From Octopus vulgaris (taxonomy: Eukaryota), in the NCBI GenBank assembly GCA_951406725.2, contig OX597824.1:62744001-62808000 (forward strand): a stretch of DNA of 64,000 nt, given 5' to 3'. Positions 39,191 to 52,720 of this stretch are shown here, piece by piece. Numbering within the stretch: the stretch's first letter is position 1; every line of letters begins with the position of its first letter. The position numbers and the translations under genes were made by a program. The notes beneath the pieces were generated by a model. The model did not search any database and had not been told where the DNA came from. It saw only the letters and a program-made list of their open reading frames with translations.

Positions 39191-40225
39191 TACAAGTGTC
39201 ATCTAAAAAGTCAACAGACTTACCAAGACACTCTCATGGAATGTGACCAAATGTGTTATTTTTCAACGTAGTCCCCCTTAGGGTTCACACATTTCTTCTT
39301 AAGTGTTGTACTGCTTGGATATCACTGGTGAACACGCTTTCATTCTACTGATTATAAAAGACATGATAAGTAGGTATGACGTTATCATCACTGGGGAATA
39401 GATGATAGTCAGATGTGGTCAAATCAGAATAGGGAACCAGTTTAACAGTCACGAACAGTACCCATTGTGAACAAGGTTTTGTGTGCTCGAGTATTGTCCT
39501 GATAAACCGTATTCGTCAAGACCGTATTCGTCAGTTTTCCTAGGTATTTAGTCTTCGTAGCCTTTTCATAACTGCGCCAACATGTTGGTATAGTACCCTA
39601 CATTCATGATATAGCACAGAAAACAAAATGCCTTTTGCATCCCAAAAGTCGAAGATCATCACGTTCTCTGCACATGAAACGACCTTGCCCTTCTTTGCAG
39701 CAACTGTGTTGAGATAGGCTTCTTTGCGTCCTTTTATGTCTGGCTCAATGTGAGGAAGCCAACACTGATCCTGAGTTAGAAAATGTTCAAGGAAACCAGA
39801 TGGATCTGCACCAAACAGTGTCAGATTTTCGCATGATATGATCAATCTGGTGCTCGTTTGATCAAGTGTTGCCTGACGTAGCATCTACCGAGCACAAATC
39901 TTCGTCTTGGCAATTTCATTGTACATAATAAATTCAGTTCTCTCATAGTTCATGCTAATGACATTGGAGATTTGATTTATAGTGAAGTACTCGTTATCCA
40001 TCACCATCTGCTGAACATGCTCAATGTTTTCCTCACTGTTGGCAGTTGCAGGACATGCAGTTATTCTTATATTCCAGATTTTCCCTCTCTTCTCTAAATT
40101 CAGCTGACTACTTTTGCATTTTTCTAAAGCTAGAGCGTCATCTCCTGATGTAGCAACCATGTCAGCCTGAACATGTTTCAGAGTTAAAGCTTTTCTGTGT
40201 CGGGTATTTGATAACACCACGTTTT
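39191..40225 (-). mobile_element. mariner element remnant
   Basis: HVQADMVATSGDDA (HTH), FLEHFLTQDQCWLPHIEP, VMIFDFWDAKGILF; TIR-like end at 39191. Confidence 0.8.
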
Positions 40226-40244
40226 TTCAATTGCATGAACTAAA

Positions 40245-41185
40245 CGTCGAAGGGGTTCTGGATAAACTACCGAGCCGGAAGCTACAACCTAGAGGAAGAG
40301 CCTCGTCCTGAAAGATCTGTAGAGTTCAATGAAGACTTCCTGCAAAGCCTGGTGGAAAAATCTCATTGTAACTGTTGAGGAACTAGCAGAAAAGCTTGAA
40401 ATCCAACCATTTATCGTCACTTGCGTGCCATTACGAAATCAGCAAAATAAGTCAAAGGGTGTCTCATAAACATTCCGAACCTAATCGCGAACAGAGAGTG
40501 AATGTGTGCTCTTCTTTGCTGTCACGTGTCACGAATAAATCTCGACCAAATAGTAACCGAATAATGACTGTCAAACGCAGAGAAACAGTGGGTAAGGGAA
40601 GGAGAAACACCGACACTCCAGCTAAATAAGGTCTCCCTCACGTAAGGTGTTGTTATCTGTCTGGTGTGATATGAAAGGTTTAGTCCACATTAAACTTTTA
40701 AACCCAAACCAAACGATAACAAAGGAGATCTACTGTGAGTAGCTTGAGTGGCTCATGTCTGCATCAGGAGAAAAACGATCATCTTAGGTTTCAAGACGAA
40801 AGGTGTACTTCCATCAGGATAATGTTCAGCCACATGCAGCGAGGATGACGTTCCAAAGGCTGGAGCAGTTTGAATGGGAAACAATGCCCCACCCACTATA
40901 TTCGCCGGACATTACCCCATATGACTATGATTCATTCTGCAGTCTTCAAAATCATTTGGATAGAGAAAATATCAGTTATGGAGACGAAGACAGAACAGTA
41001 GTGGAGGAGTATTTTTCGTCACGGCAAGTAGATTTTGGATGCGGGGCCTTTCAAGTCTTCCAGATAGATGGAAGAGCATTGTAGAAAGTAAAGGAGAGTA
41101 TAATTTAGATTAAATAAGAAATTTGTTTATCTTAATTTTGAAAAATATAACTATAAAAAAACGCATTATGGTATGCTTCACTATA
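40245..41185 (+). mobile_element. mariner (DD34D) element remnant, 5'-truncated
   Basis: KVLLSVWCDMKGLVH..LLNPNQTIT..IYC, YFHQDNVQPHAA, PHPLYSPDITPYDY...LQNHL. Confidence 0.88.
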
Positions 41186-42219
41186 TATATGTATATACAC
41201 AATGCATATATATACGGGTGTGCGTTTGTGCTTGTGTGCTTGTGTGCATGTGTGTGCGTGTGTGTGTATTAACGCATACACACTCACACGAGTAAATATA
41301 TAAAGATACGATCAACAATATTTTTAACGACTCTACTTTTAGGCTGAACGTGAAAATATGAAATATAATTTGCAAATAATCCTCAGTACCTTCGGAAGTT
41401 AAGACTGAGGAACTATTTACTCCTTAATTGAATATGTAAAATAGCTTCTTATAACAATCATAAAGATAGTAAGTATCGATGGAAATATATTTACAAGATT
41501 GTACAAGAGTCTCTCTGAAGTCTATTTGGGAGCTGTAGCTTTAATGGTATCTTCCAAACTTTTCCGTACGTTAATGGATTTGAGTTAGTGAAATGACGTC
41601 TGAATGCTCATTCAATTGCATATACGATAAGGGAATACAGAGAAAGATCTGCGAAGCACGTGGGTAGTAATGATCTATGCTGGATAATAAAATGATTACA
41701 TATGGATTACAAGAAAGCTAAGACCATGGAAGATAGTAGCAAATCATTGATTATCCGTCTTCTAAATTTCCTATATCACAACCATAATTTAGAGATTTAT
41801 TCCATCTATATTACAACATTGATTTATAGGGAATGCAGTAGTTTAATCAAGCTACGTAACGGTTGTTATATTTTTTAATTTTGTTTGAGAAGCTTCGTAT
41901 TCAATTAGGTAAATATTCAGAAAATATCCCTAGATCTTTGAAACAATATTTGATGGCCATATGGAAAAGACGCTCCTTAAATCACAACATTTTAAAAATG
42001 GACTGCAAGCGTTATATATTGCGTTTAAAGCTACACAACACCTTTATATAGAAGATAGCTTGGTCATGAAAAAGAAATTGTGCTCATAGTTCAACTTGGT
42101 CATGGCTATCTTGGGAAGATAGCAAAAATAAATAAGGCGATGTACCACTAAGAAAAGTGGCTTTGCACTATAGTTTGTGAGATAGGAATGATTATTTAAG
42201 TTATTACTATGAATAGTAT

Positions 42220-42435
42220 ATCATCCTTTTCAATTATGTGCACAAGGCCAGGAATTTAAAGGCATGGGGCTTGTCGATACATTAACCCCAGTACTCAAGT
42301 GATGCTTATTTTATCGATCCCGAAAGGATGGAAGACAAAGTTAACCTCGGCGAAATCTGAATTCAGTGTGTAAATAAGGATGATATGGCATCATGTAGTT
42401 TGTTTAGTGTGCTAGCAATTCTGCCGACATAGGGC
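42220..42435 (-). mobile_element. SINE family A copy
   Basis: GCACAAGGCCAG...TTTTATCGATCCCGAAAGGATGGAAGACAAAGTTAACCTCGGCG. Confidence 0.75.
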
Positions 42436-43611
42436 CCTATATGAATGATATATAATATTCCTCATATCAAGTGTCTTCCATTAATTGTAATATTTACTTA
42501 CATGGTACAGAGATTACGTTTGTAAATCCATTATCTGCATAAAGCAACTAAGTCTACAATTGTATTAAGAAAGTAAGTTTGTTAAGTGTCTTCAAAAATG
42601 TGAGCTGGCTATGAAACTACGATAACTTTTGTTATCTGAAAAGATATAAGACAAAATGTGATAGGATTGTTTAGCCTTGCCCTTACAATAAAATAAAAAA
42701 CTCTCTAATTGCGGTCCTTCACGAGGAACTAACTTCAAATCTTATTAGAATCGATTTGGTCGTTTCTGCTACAGGGGTCTATATAATTGACTATGTCACG
42801 CGCCTATACCTGCCAAAGTTATTTTAGGTCATGTATGAAATCGATATTTGATAATATACTATAATTACGTTGTTGTAAATGACAAGTTAAGAAACATAAC
42901 TTACAATTTCATATACAGGTATTCAATTATACCACAAATGAACGTGCTGTATCAGTTTTTGATTTTACAATAGAAACCGAGATGAACCCTCTATGTTGAA
43001 TTGACATCCACGGGCATTTTAATTATCCAAAGGTGATAATTCAATTACATATAATATATCTAGAGAGAAACCATGTTTTTAAAAAGCCCTCACATGACCT
43101 CTTTCTTCGTGCAGTTCGTTTATGTTTTATAACTAGATTGAATATTTCCCTCGTGTTCTTCGTAATTTTCCTTTACCTATATTCAAATACAGGAAACTTC
43201 TTATAAATTAAATTACCATACGTTCTCTTTTCATTTCTAGCCTGCATTTCATAAATCCAGATATTATTAAATTTTATGTATAAGTATATGCATCACAATT
43301 TGTTTAGGCTTACAAGAGTTATGGACATTTCGGAATGCTTTATCCTCTATAGAAATGTAATAATTCGATATTCACAGAAAACATATAAAGTTAAGAATAA
43401 CTATTTTATTGGTGTAAATATAAACTTATGCACAATTTCGCGATATGCGTTAATACATTTATACTATAATAATAAACTTTACCATAAGGAATTTTTAAAT
43501 TGAAGTAACACTTTCCAACCAAAATTCAGCTTGCACAACACTGACGATATATGTCTACCAGCCTACAAACATATATATACATATATACATGTGTTAGTAT
43601 ATATGCATACA

Positions 43612-43646
<35 letters not shown>

Positions 43647-43654
43647 CATATATA

Positions 43655-44308
43655 GTGGTGTTGAAGAAGAAGGAGTAGGTGTAACAGTGTGGGTGAATGC
43701 AAAGGAAGGATCAACGTAGGGTTCCAGAAGTGGGGAAAGAACTACGGGGCTGGTCACGCAGATTGTGGGCGTGCTTGAAGGAAGGAGTACAGGAAGGAAG
43801 GAAGGGTAGATTGGAGAAGGTGCGGGAGGTGGACAGGTCGGACTGGAGGCGACGAAACATTCGAAAAATGGTCCAATGGTCGAGCAGGGTGGTAGCTGAG
43901 AGGAAAAGGGAGGCGGTAATGGTTGGGCGGGTGCGGGGAGAGACAGCGTAGACACAGTGAACGGATTGTGCTCGGGCGAGGGCAGATTGGATAACAATGA
44001 CCTGTTAGCAACGTAATGTGAAGTGACGAACCATTAGTTGAGACTGGGTTCAAAAGCATGGCAGGTACTGCAGAGCCGGCGTAGACAGAGGAACTGGGAG
44101 TAGGGGATGGAGTGATTGGTGTGGTTAAGGTGGGAGGAGTATGAGTCTGTGTGTTTGTAGTGGATGGTCATGGTAACAGTGAAGTGATGGCTGGTGACAG
44201 GAATGTCGAGAAAATCAATGGAGAGGTTGGTGACAGTGCAGTATGATTCAGGAATAGGATTGAAACACTGGACGAAGAAGATGAGGAGTGTCAATTTGTT
44301 CGCAGGAA
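43655..44308 (-). mobile_element. Penelope-like RT C-terminal remnant (Neptune-like)
   Basis: IDFLDIPV...IHYKHTDSYS...SIPYSQFLCLRRLCS...FRRLQSD...SFKHAHNLRD; bounded by (TA)n on both sides. Confidence 0.8.
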
Positions 44309-44341
<33 letters not shown>

Positions 44342-44349
44342 TATACATA

Positions 44350-44783
44350 TAAATTCAGTAAAAGTTTAGATTCAGTTGAATATGGTACGTAAGTTAAAGG
44401 CACCAGAATTTGGTATGGTATTATTCATATAATTCAAAATGGGATGATTATAATCAAAATAAGCCACAAGGGTACCCAAAGGTAATGCAGTACGATCGTT
44501 TCTTGCGACTCCATTTAATTAAACAATGCAAGTATTACATCAGTTTTAAAATGTAGAGCAATCTCTTGTCTACCTATTTACCCTCTTTGTGATGTTGGTA
44601 AATGGAATAAATATAAAAATGAATATTTTCAATCTTTTCAATTTAACAGAGTTCTATATTTATATGCAGCTGAAGATTGCTCTACCTTTTAAAACTGATG
44701 TAATATTTGTATTGTTTAATTAAATGGAGTCGCATGAAACGATCGTACTGCATTACCTTTGGATATCCTTGCTGCTTATTTTG

Positions 44784-44790
<7 letters not shown>
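44350..44790. mobile_element. Penelope-like pseudo-LTR with ~115 bp inverted repeat
   Basis: 44450-44565 is the reverse complement of 44674-44790. Confidence 0.8.
44664..44753 (+). ncRNA. Type I hammerhead ribozyme with intact catalytic core
   Basis: Stem I ATGCAG/CTGCAT, core CTGAAGA, long stem II region (ttgc...gcat), GAAA, palindromic stem III ACGATCGT, GUA triplet. Confidence 0.75.
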
Positions 44791-44835
<45 letters not shown>

Positions 44836-44879
44836 CATATATATAAATATATATACATATGTATATATATTTACATATA

Positions 44880-45078
44880 TAAAAATTAGGAAAAACCACC
44901 TTCTATCAATTCAAAATGAAGAATTAAATTACGTCATCTAGAAAATTACATATAATAGGAATATAAAAATTAAAATAACAATAAAATGTCAATGATTAAA
45001 TAAATTGCAAAAAATAGTAATAAAAATTTAATTCTTCATTTTTAATTGATACAAAATGGGTTTTTTTCTAATTTTTTT
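44880..45078. repeat. AT-rich ~50 bp inverted repeat pair
   Basis: AAAAATTAGGAAAAACC...TATCAATT.AAAATGAAGAATTAAATT versus AATTTAATTCTTCATTTT.AATTGATA...TTTTTCTAATTTTT. Confidence 0.65.
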
Positions 45079-45167
45079 ATATATATATTATATTGTGTGA
45101 AATTTGATTTAGTATTTCTAAATTGAATTTTTTTCCGTGTAACTTTGGAATTTATTCCCTCAAATAA

Positions 45168-45396
<229 letters not shown>

Positions 45397-45473
45397 AAAA
45401 TAGGGAAACGGAAAACGGATTTAGCAAGGTCCCTTACTGGTGGGATATTGTACCGCTAGTTGTGTTGCATTCC

Positions 45474-45882
45474 TCAATTCAAGATCAGTTCATGAATTTT
45501 CGTGATTTTTGACATTGTTTGGAGGTCACCGTCTCCTTGAACGTGGTTGATCTTCAAGCGACACGTGACCTTTCCTAAAGCGTTAAAACCTCTTGTAAAT
45601 GTGTGTTTTGCCCCTGGCAACGACCTCGGAAGCTGTTTGAAGCATGACAACTGTTTCGGCCGCCGTTTTGGCCAGCATAAAAAAGAATTTCGTGGAAGCA
45701 GGCTGTTACTTCGTTTCAGCCATTGCAAAAATCGACGAACAGGGAAGAAACACTGCAAAACAAAGACGCACCACATGGCAGTACGACTTCACGGATTGTC
45801 GCCGGTCGGCAGATTCATGACTGAGGTTGCATCTAGTGGTTTCCAACAGAGAACGTTTCCGGTTACTTTTGGGTAACCCCAC
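45474..45882 (-). mobile_element. mariner 5' fragment (left TIR plus HTH)
   Basis: MAETK..ASTKFFFMLAKTAAETVVMLQTA...FRKGHVSLEDQPRS; TIR TTCCGGTTACTTTTGGGTAACCCC resembles that at 36240-36268. Confidence 0.8.
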
Positions 45883-46270
45883 TTATTTCTATTATCATTT
45901 AAATGTTTCTCTTCTCCGCATTCATTGTTTTCAGTATTACGGCATGTATAAGTATTGGTTTCAAATTTACGTGTTTATTTTATCGAGCTCGATAGGCTGA
46001 ATGGCAATGTCGACCGCAGTGGAGTTTGAACTCAGAGCGCTAGAGCAGAAGATATGCAGTACGGTCAAATATTAATTTTAGCTTTACCTCGTTTATGATG
46101 ACATATCTGGATCAGTGATTTGTAAAATGCCGGTGGCCAAGTCCTCGTAGAATTGTCCAAATAATCTTATGATTGTGATTCCAATTATTGGTACTAGAAG
46201 TTTACGACAGAACGTACTTCACTAATAAAGCACGCAGGTGCTGATGTTAAGCCAACATCTTACCATATAT

Positions 46271-46461
46271 ATATGAGAGCTTGCTAAAAAGTTCCTGGCT
46301 TTAAGAGTGTCGTGAAAGGTTGCAGCTTAGAAAAACTGAAGGGCGGCTGCCATAAGTGTATGAATCTGAGATGGGAATATGTTGATCAAAATCATAATTA
46401 ACTGATCCTCCTGTATTTTCTATTACCCAAGGCATGGAACTTTCCAGTACCCACCTTGTAG
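46271..46461 (+). mobile_element. ~190 bp mariner-derived MITE
   Basis: TIRs GAGAGCTTGCTAAAAAGTTCCTGGCTT / AAGGCATGGAACTTTCCAGTACCCACCTTG, TA flanks, internal transposase C-terminus (KCMNLRWEYVD). Confidence 0.65.
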
Positions 46462-47279
46462 GGATTAAACTTAAAACGCAAAGATCCAGAAAAAGTACAG
46501 CAAGATATTTGCTTCGATGTCCTTAGATTTCTGCCAATTTAATAACCTGAAACCGTACTGTTTTATCGACAACGGAAAGAAAAATAACAAGTGGATTTGG
46601 ATTTGGAGCACCTCATATCAGGAGAAAATACTAAAACTACAAAGCACATTACTCTGATTCGCTGTAATCTATTTACAGTTAAGCGAACTTCACTTACATT
46701 ACTTGCATAAGGATAAATATTTCATAGGAAAATTAGTGAATGTTTTGTATGATACTGAATTATTTCCAGATTTTGTGGTAATTACTGTATCAAATTAGAA
46801 TGACATCAAACAATGCGCTGATTCATCTCTAAGAAGCTTCCTCTCGACCCTACATTGATAGCCATGAATTAGAAACTTATTGTTAACTTATAACAGAATA
46901 CGTTTACATAATAGAACCTATGATGTAGTATTTAAAAGCATGCAAACGTATGAGTGATAAATTTCAGTGTGAACTTATGTAATACAAACTTTAAGTGTGG
47001 CAACTTTGAAAAATCATTGAAATTTCATGATGCGAAGAATTAATGGTGCTCTTCGAAAGGCTAGGGGGTTCTCAATGACATTCTTTCACTCTGATTTCAA
47101 TTTCCTGTTCTAGATATTAATTATCGATTTCATTTATATTGATTGACCTCGATAATGCTGTGAATGGAACACAATACCTATCGGCTTTCTGTATATATAG
47201 AGAAAACAAAGTACTGTTAAAGAATTTAGGAACATCACGAAGAATATATGTCTCTGTATGTATAATATATATCTGTCTG

Positions 47280-47327
<48 letters not shown>

Positions 47328-48077
47328 CATAAAAATATGTATATATACATATATTTATATATATTATATATATATATATATGCATATATGTATGTATACA
47401 TACATATATAACACACACCCATATATTTAATATACACATGTATGTATATATATATATATATATACATATATATAAATATGCATATGTATATATGTCTCTA
47501 TACATATATGCAGCATATATATACATAATTATACTTTATACTTAAATATATATATGTCCGTATGTATATATAAAAAACAATATATATATATATATATATA
47601 TATGGTGTAGGATATAGTTCACAGACATGTTCACAAACAATAGACTCGTACATTCTTTTGTATTTCACTGGTATTATGAATATCGTGTCCCACGGAATAC
47701 TCTCATTTCAAGTTTTACTAGAACACATTCCCTAGAGCTTACACGATAATCCACTTGATGTGGATTCACACTAAATCTGGTACTACTACTACTACTACTA
47801 CTACTTTTGCTCCTGTTTAATACATACGTGACTCTGTTTTGATTTAGACTTTTGAAAACTCGAATTTGAATAACCGAGACCATTTAGAACATAATGCACA
47901 ATTCGCATTATTCATTGTTAGTGTAATTTCAGATGCATTGTACAGTCAGCATATATTCTAAAACAGAGTTTAAAATTGGTACAGTTCCATACATCTATTC
48001 TAGGTTATAGCTGACAGATTTTATCATATTTACAATTTAAGCATATCAATGCAATATTTGAGTTAGCGGCAGACAGA

Positions 48078-48119
<42 letters not shown>

Positions 48120-48975
48120 AGGGGGAAAAGGAACACATGAGTTGATATGAATAAGGAAAATAGGACAAGGTAGAAAAGGCTAAAGTAATTTCATCATGAA
48201 AAACATTTTAGAACCGGTTTCACGCATTGCGACTTTTTCAACTTAGAGTAAAGTATGAAAAACAATTAAAATGTGAAAAACTTAATTGAAATGATTTTTT
48301 TCTTAATATTTCCATTGTTTTCAAATACAAGTGATACTTTCCATTTTTATGCCTGTCTCTGTCTCTCTTTTGTACTGCCTATCTCTCTATACACACACAT
48401 GCATATACATACATACACACACATATATATATATACATATGTATGTATGTATGTATATATTTTCGATAACTCCTCTCTCGCATAAACTGATGTAAGTTAA
48501 CGTTCGTCAACATTGCTACCACAACTATTATTTATCAACATCTGAATGTTTCAAGCAAATTTCTGTTGCATCATTTGTTGCACCTTTGTGCTGCAAGGGT
48601 AGTGAGTGCTGCATTTTTCCTTTTTCCTTTGGTGGGAGGGGGAGATATTGTATCAGTGCGTTTTGGTATAGGGTTTTGTTTCAGTCTTCGATTGTATTAG
48701 TTTTTATCTTGTGTGTGAGTGTGTTTCTGTAGCGAAGGTTGTGTTCTGATGTCGGGTATCTGTCTTCTATAGCACATGTGGGTTTTATTAATTTTGTTGG
48801 ATATTTACAGTATGAATCTATTCTTGTATGCTTTTGGAGGGGTGTTGCATAGTTGTGTGTGTGCGTGTGTGTGTTAATGTGCGTATGTGCGTTTGTAACT
48901 TCTAAATCAACTATTTTATAGTATTTATGATTATCCGTCTGCCGTTCTTTTGTTGGTTGTGTTATCGCTTTCTTA

Positions 48976-49023
<48 letters not shown>

Positions 49024-49514
49024 TTTTTTTCTTCTTTCAAATTTGCTTCATTTCTTGCCGAGTGTCTTCCCGACTCTAGGCAAATAAACTCATAGATACA
49101 TTGGTAGGCCATTAAACCAAACTCAGTAGTTCGTTCATTTTTTTTTTTTAAAGTTAAATTAAAATACATGAGCAGCAACAGTTCTCACATTATGCTCTTC
49201 TCAATACTGTGATGTACCAGTTAAGACAATCTTTTGCACTTCTTGCAGGATGGTAAGCCAGGATCATTCTCTATAATTTTCGGTTCCCTTCTTGATCATT
49301 CCTAGTGCTCCTACGATCACTGTATTGTAACCGCCTTGAGATGCCACATTTTCATTTCAATGAGTAGGTCTTTATATTTTCTGAGCTTGTCAAACTCTTT
49401 CCTGATATATTATGATCACAGGGGATGCTCATGTCGATCAATGCAAACTTTATTGTTTTGGTCTTTCACAACAATATCTGGTTTATTGATGGAAAGTATG
49501 GTTACATTTTCTCC
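49024..49514 (-). mobile_element. R4/Dong-like retrotransposon 3' end (REL endonuclease) embedded in (AAT)n
   Basis: NKPDIVVKDQNNKVC.IDMSIPCDHNIS.KEFDKLRKYKDLLIE.KMWHLKAVTI.VIVGALGMIKKG; (AAT)n on both sides. Confidence 0.85.
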
Positions 49515-49532
49515 TTATTGTTATTATTATTA

Positions 49533-49572
<40 letters not shown>

Positions 49573-49573
49573 G

Positions 49574-49653
<80 letters not shown>

Positions 49654-49680
49654 CATCATTATTATTATCATCATCATCAT
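49515..49680. repeat. (ATT)n/(ATC)n microsatellite
   Basis: Direct reading. Confidence 0.95.
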
Positions 49681-49735
49681 CCACTTTCAATTCTGTTTCC
49701 TGTTCTTGCCGAGTGCCTTCCTGACACCTAGGGCA
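49681..49735 (-). mobile_element. Second, very short 3' end of the same R4/Dong-like family
   Basis: CTAGGTGTCAGGAAGGCACTCGGCAAGAA matches CTAGAGTCGGGAAGACACTCGGCAAGAA at 49052-49079. Confidence 0.7.
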
Positions 49736-51919
49736 GAAACACGCACTGTATGATATTAAAATAATCACACCAGATTATTCATTTACAAAGTCATGTGATA
49801 AAAAAGGGGAAGAAAGACAGAGAGAAAATAAAAAATATAAAATATAACAATAATCAAAGAAAATAAATGGCAAGTATTATTATGTTTATTATTGTTGTTG
49901 TTGTTGTTGTTATTAATATTATTGTTGTTGTTAGTATTATTATTACACTTACTTAAGATTAATTTTATTATTGGTACTAATATTTGAATATAGATTTACA
50001 CTACATTTTCTCCACTCTTAATTTATATATTATTAGATTCAGTAGAGGTTAATTTATTAATTACAGTATCATACTCATTTTCATGAGATCTACTAAGTTT
50101 ATACTTACTATTCACACCACAGTCAGTATATTTACCCAATCTGTTGTGTATCGATTTAGTATTATTATAATTTTAATGTCTATCTTTTTTACAATATACA
50201 AACGTATGTATATATTCGACTTTATTAAGGGTTACATTATAGTATTCAGTATTAGTATTGAAAATTTCCTCAGTAGGAGATAAAAATTAAATACTGCTCG
50301 AAATGTTTTTTAACCAAATTACGTGTAATTACTTTAGGATGATTACTATTAACATTAATATACGTCAAGTTAATATTGGGTTTATGATATGGTCTATTAT
50401 GGCCCGTAACAAGATTCAGATTAGCTTCTAAATAATTGACAGAATCCTGTTCTTTTTCAATAGAAATTGATAAACAGGCCTCACACTATATGCTCCAGTT
50501 CGTTACGTTCTAATATAAACTTTGACTTTCGTCCTACCAGTATCGCTAAAATTAGATACCTACTGAGGTCAAGGGTATCGATAACCGATTCCACCTTCAA
50601 AATCATTGGTACTGTACCTAAATTAGATACCGTTATTTCCTTTCTATCTAAGACTGGATTTTAACAGAATCGTTTGAATATCCGCAAAATTGTGTTGACT
50701 TATTTGTTTCAGTTCTTACATTCTCACATCACATTCCTCTGAACTCAAATGTCTTCCATGCTTATCAGTCACGTTTTAGGGTCGATATCATCATCCACTC
50801 CCTGTCCCCAAATTTTATGCCTCGTTTCCTTAGGAAAGGCAATATATCATTTGTCTCTATTAACACGCACATTCTTTCCTGCGTAGGTTGTCTAGAATCA
50901 CTACTGTTTTAGGGCTGTTACTGTTATACATTTATGTATTATATTTTGTTACTTTTACATTTTATTAAATTACGTATTGATATATTTTATATAGTTTTTC
51001 TTTTATAAGGAAAAAGATTGCTGAAATTTAATAAACTCCATGCGAACTCACTAATCTAACAATCGAAAGAGATGTTATGAAAGAGATGACGTTTCGCATT
51101 GTTTGAAATACGCTGAACAACCAAGATCGATTGAAATATCCTGAAACAACATAAAATTGGTGTGAGAAAAGTGTCAGAGATGATGATATGGGCACGCAAA
51201 ACAACATTCGTGAAAAACTATTAAGTACAACAAAATGAAATTCCTAAACATAACCGTAAGAGAAATAGGACAAGGCACAGCCATCAGCACAACAAAGTTT
51301 GATAAAATAGACCATTAAAAGAGGAGAAACATGGATAAGAAAGACAAATGCAACAATGGCAACAACATCGCATTGAGTTTTCATTGAAGCAATAAAATAG
51401 TCTAACTGCGAAAATATACCAGAACTACATACAAACGTAGTTGAAGATAATTAAGAATTCTTCCGTAAAAGTAGTGTCTAAGAGAAGTATCTGATGTAGA
51501 CCATAAAAGATGTCTAAAAATGCCTGAAAGATTTTGCAATATTTTTGTCACACTGAAGATGATTTTTTGGAGTTTTTTTTTTTCGCTTTTTGATGTAATG
51601 TGAACTTTATCACTTTCTCTCTTTAAAATGAATGCATTACTCTTCATTTCTTTGTCAGACGCTTAAAAATGTTCTAACCCCTAAAAGAAGTCTTAAGACC
51701 ACTGTGCACATACATCTCGTGAAGAACATCCAAACAGTGCCATTCTCTCTTATACTATAAAACAGTGAAACTGCGGAATTGCTGCAGTGTTGGAGAAGAT
51801 GCCTTACTGTATTTGTACAAGATCAATATGTTCAGATTTCAAATCATACAAGTGTATATTTCATCCTTTCAGGGCCAGGTAATTAATTAGCAAAAAGAAA
51901 CATGGATTTCCAAAATTGC

Positions 51920-52720
51920 TATTACACTATTTTGTAGTATTCGCCGCTGCTCTTTGCCTTCAGGCAGCCTGTACTGTGGGTCAGAATTCACCATTATTGA
52001 AAACTGCTGATACTATTCTATGATAGCTAATTAGTTAACTGGCTGTTGATAAGGTATCCGCCAACAAACAGATGTCGGGTACTTTCCGAAAAGAATTTCG
52101 TGCAGATTTATTAACAGTTAGAGAAGAACGCACGTAGAGGCGTCTAGATTGAATAGGAGCTAGTGAGCAAGCTGGCAGCAGCAATTATGAAGGTCACACC
52201 AAACAACATGCAAGCGGACTGAATGGTCCTTGATAATTTCCTGAAAATGAAACAGAATAATCGCATTGTTAGAGATAAATCCGTACTCGAAGATAGAAGG
52301 GAATGGAAAGTACAGATTTGCCTGTCTGACAGAAACGTTGTAATGAAGTGATTGACTTGGGGCAGGCACCTGCTAGAATATTCCAAATATGTTTGGTAGT
52401 TTTATTACAGTGTCGTTACGCACTGTTGATGGTAGTGGTTTTTGAAGCTTACATTAATAGTCTATCTTGCCCCTCAGCAAAGCCGCTGTGTGAGACATAA
52501 GAGAATCTCTGTAATGAAATCGATTCTGCGCTCATGTTGGGGGTCACTGTGGTTGCTGAACGTGATAGGTTTTCCTCCGGTTATATGAATATGTGTTATC
52601 AAGCATTTTTCAACTGGGGTTTATTCGAAGTAATTAACTTTGTTAAGCTTAACATTTAAACTATTGTATGACTATCATCGTCTTTGTATTCTTGATGTAT
52701 TTTCTGAATGTGTATAGGTG
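51920..52720 (-). mobile_element. Highly decayed LINE RT fragment
   Basis: HSGFAEG (Q-GFR-GR position) and FITTFLSDRQI (FI..FLSDR) remnants. Confidence 0.45.

Noticed and set aside
49336-49768. Poly-Y/I/N ORFs (also poly-D at 35739 and poly-F at 61757)
   Set aside because: Trinucleotide microsatellites.
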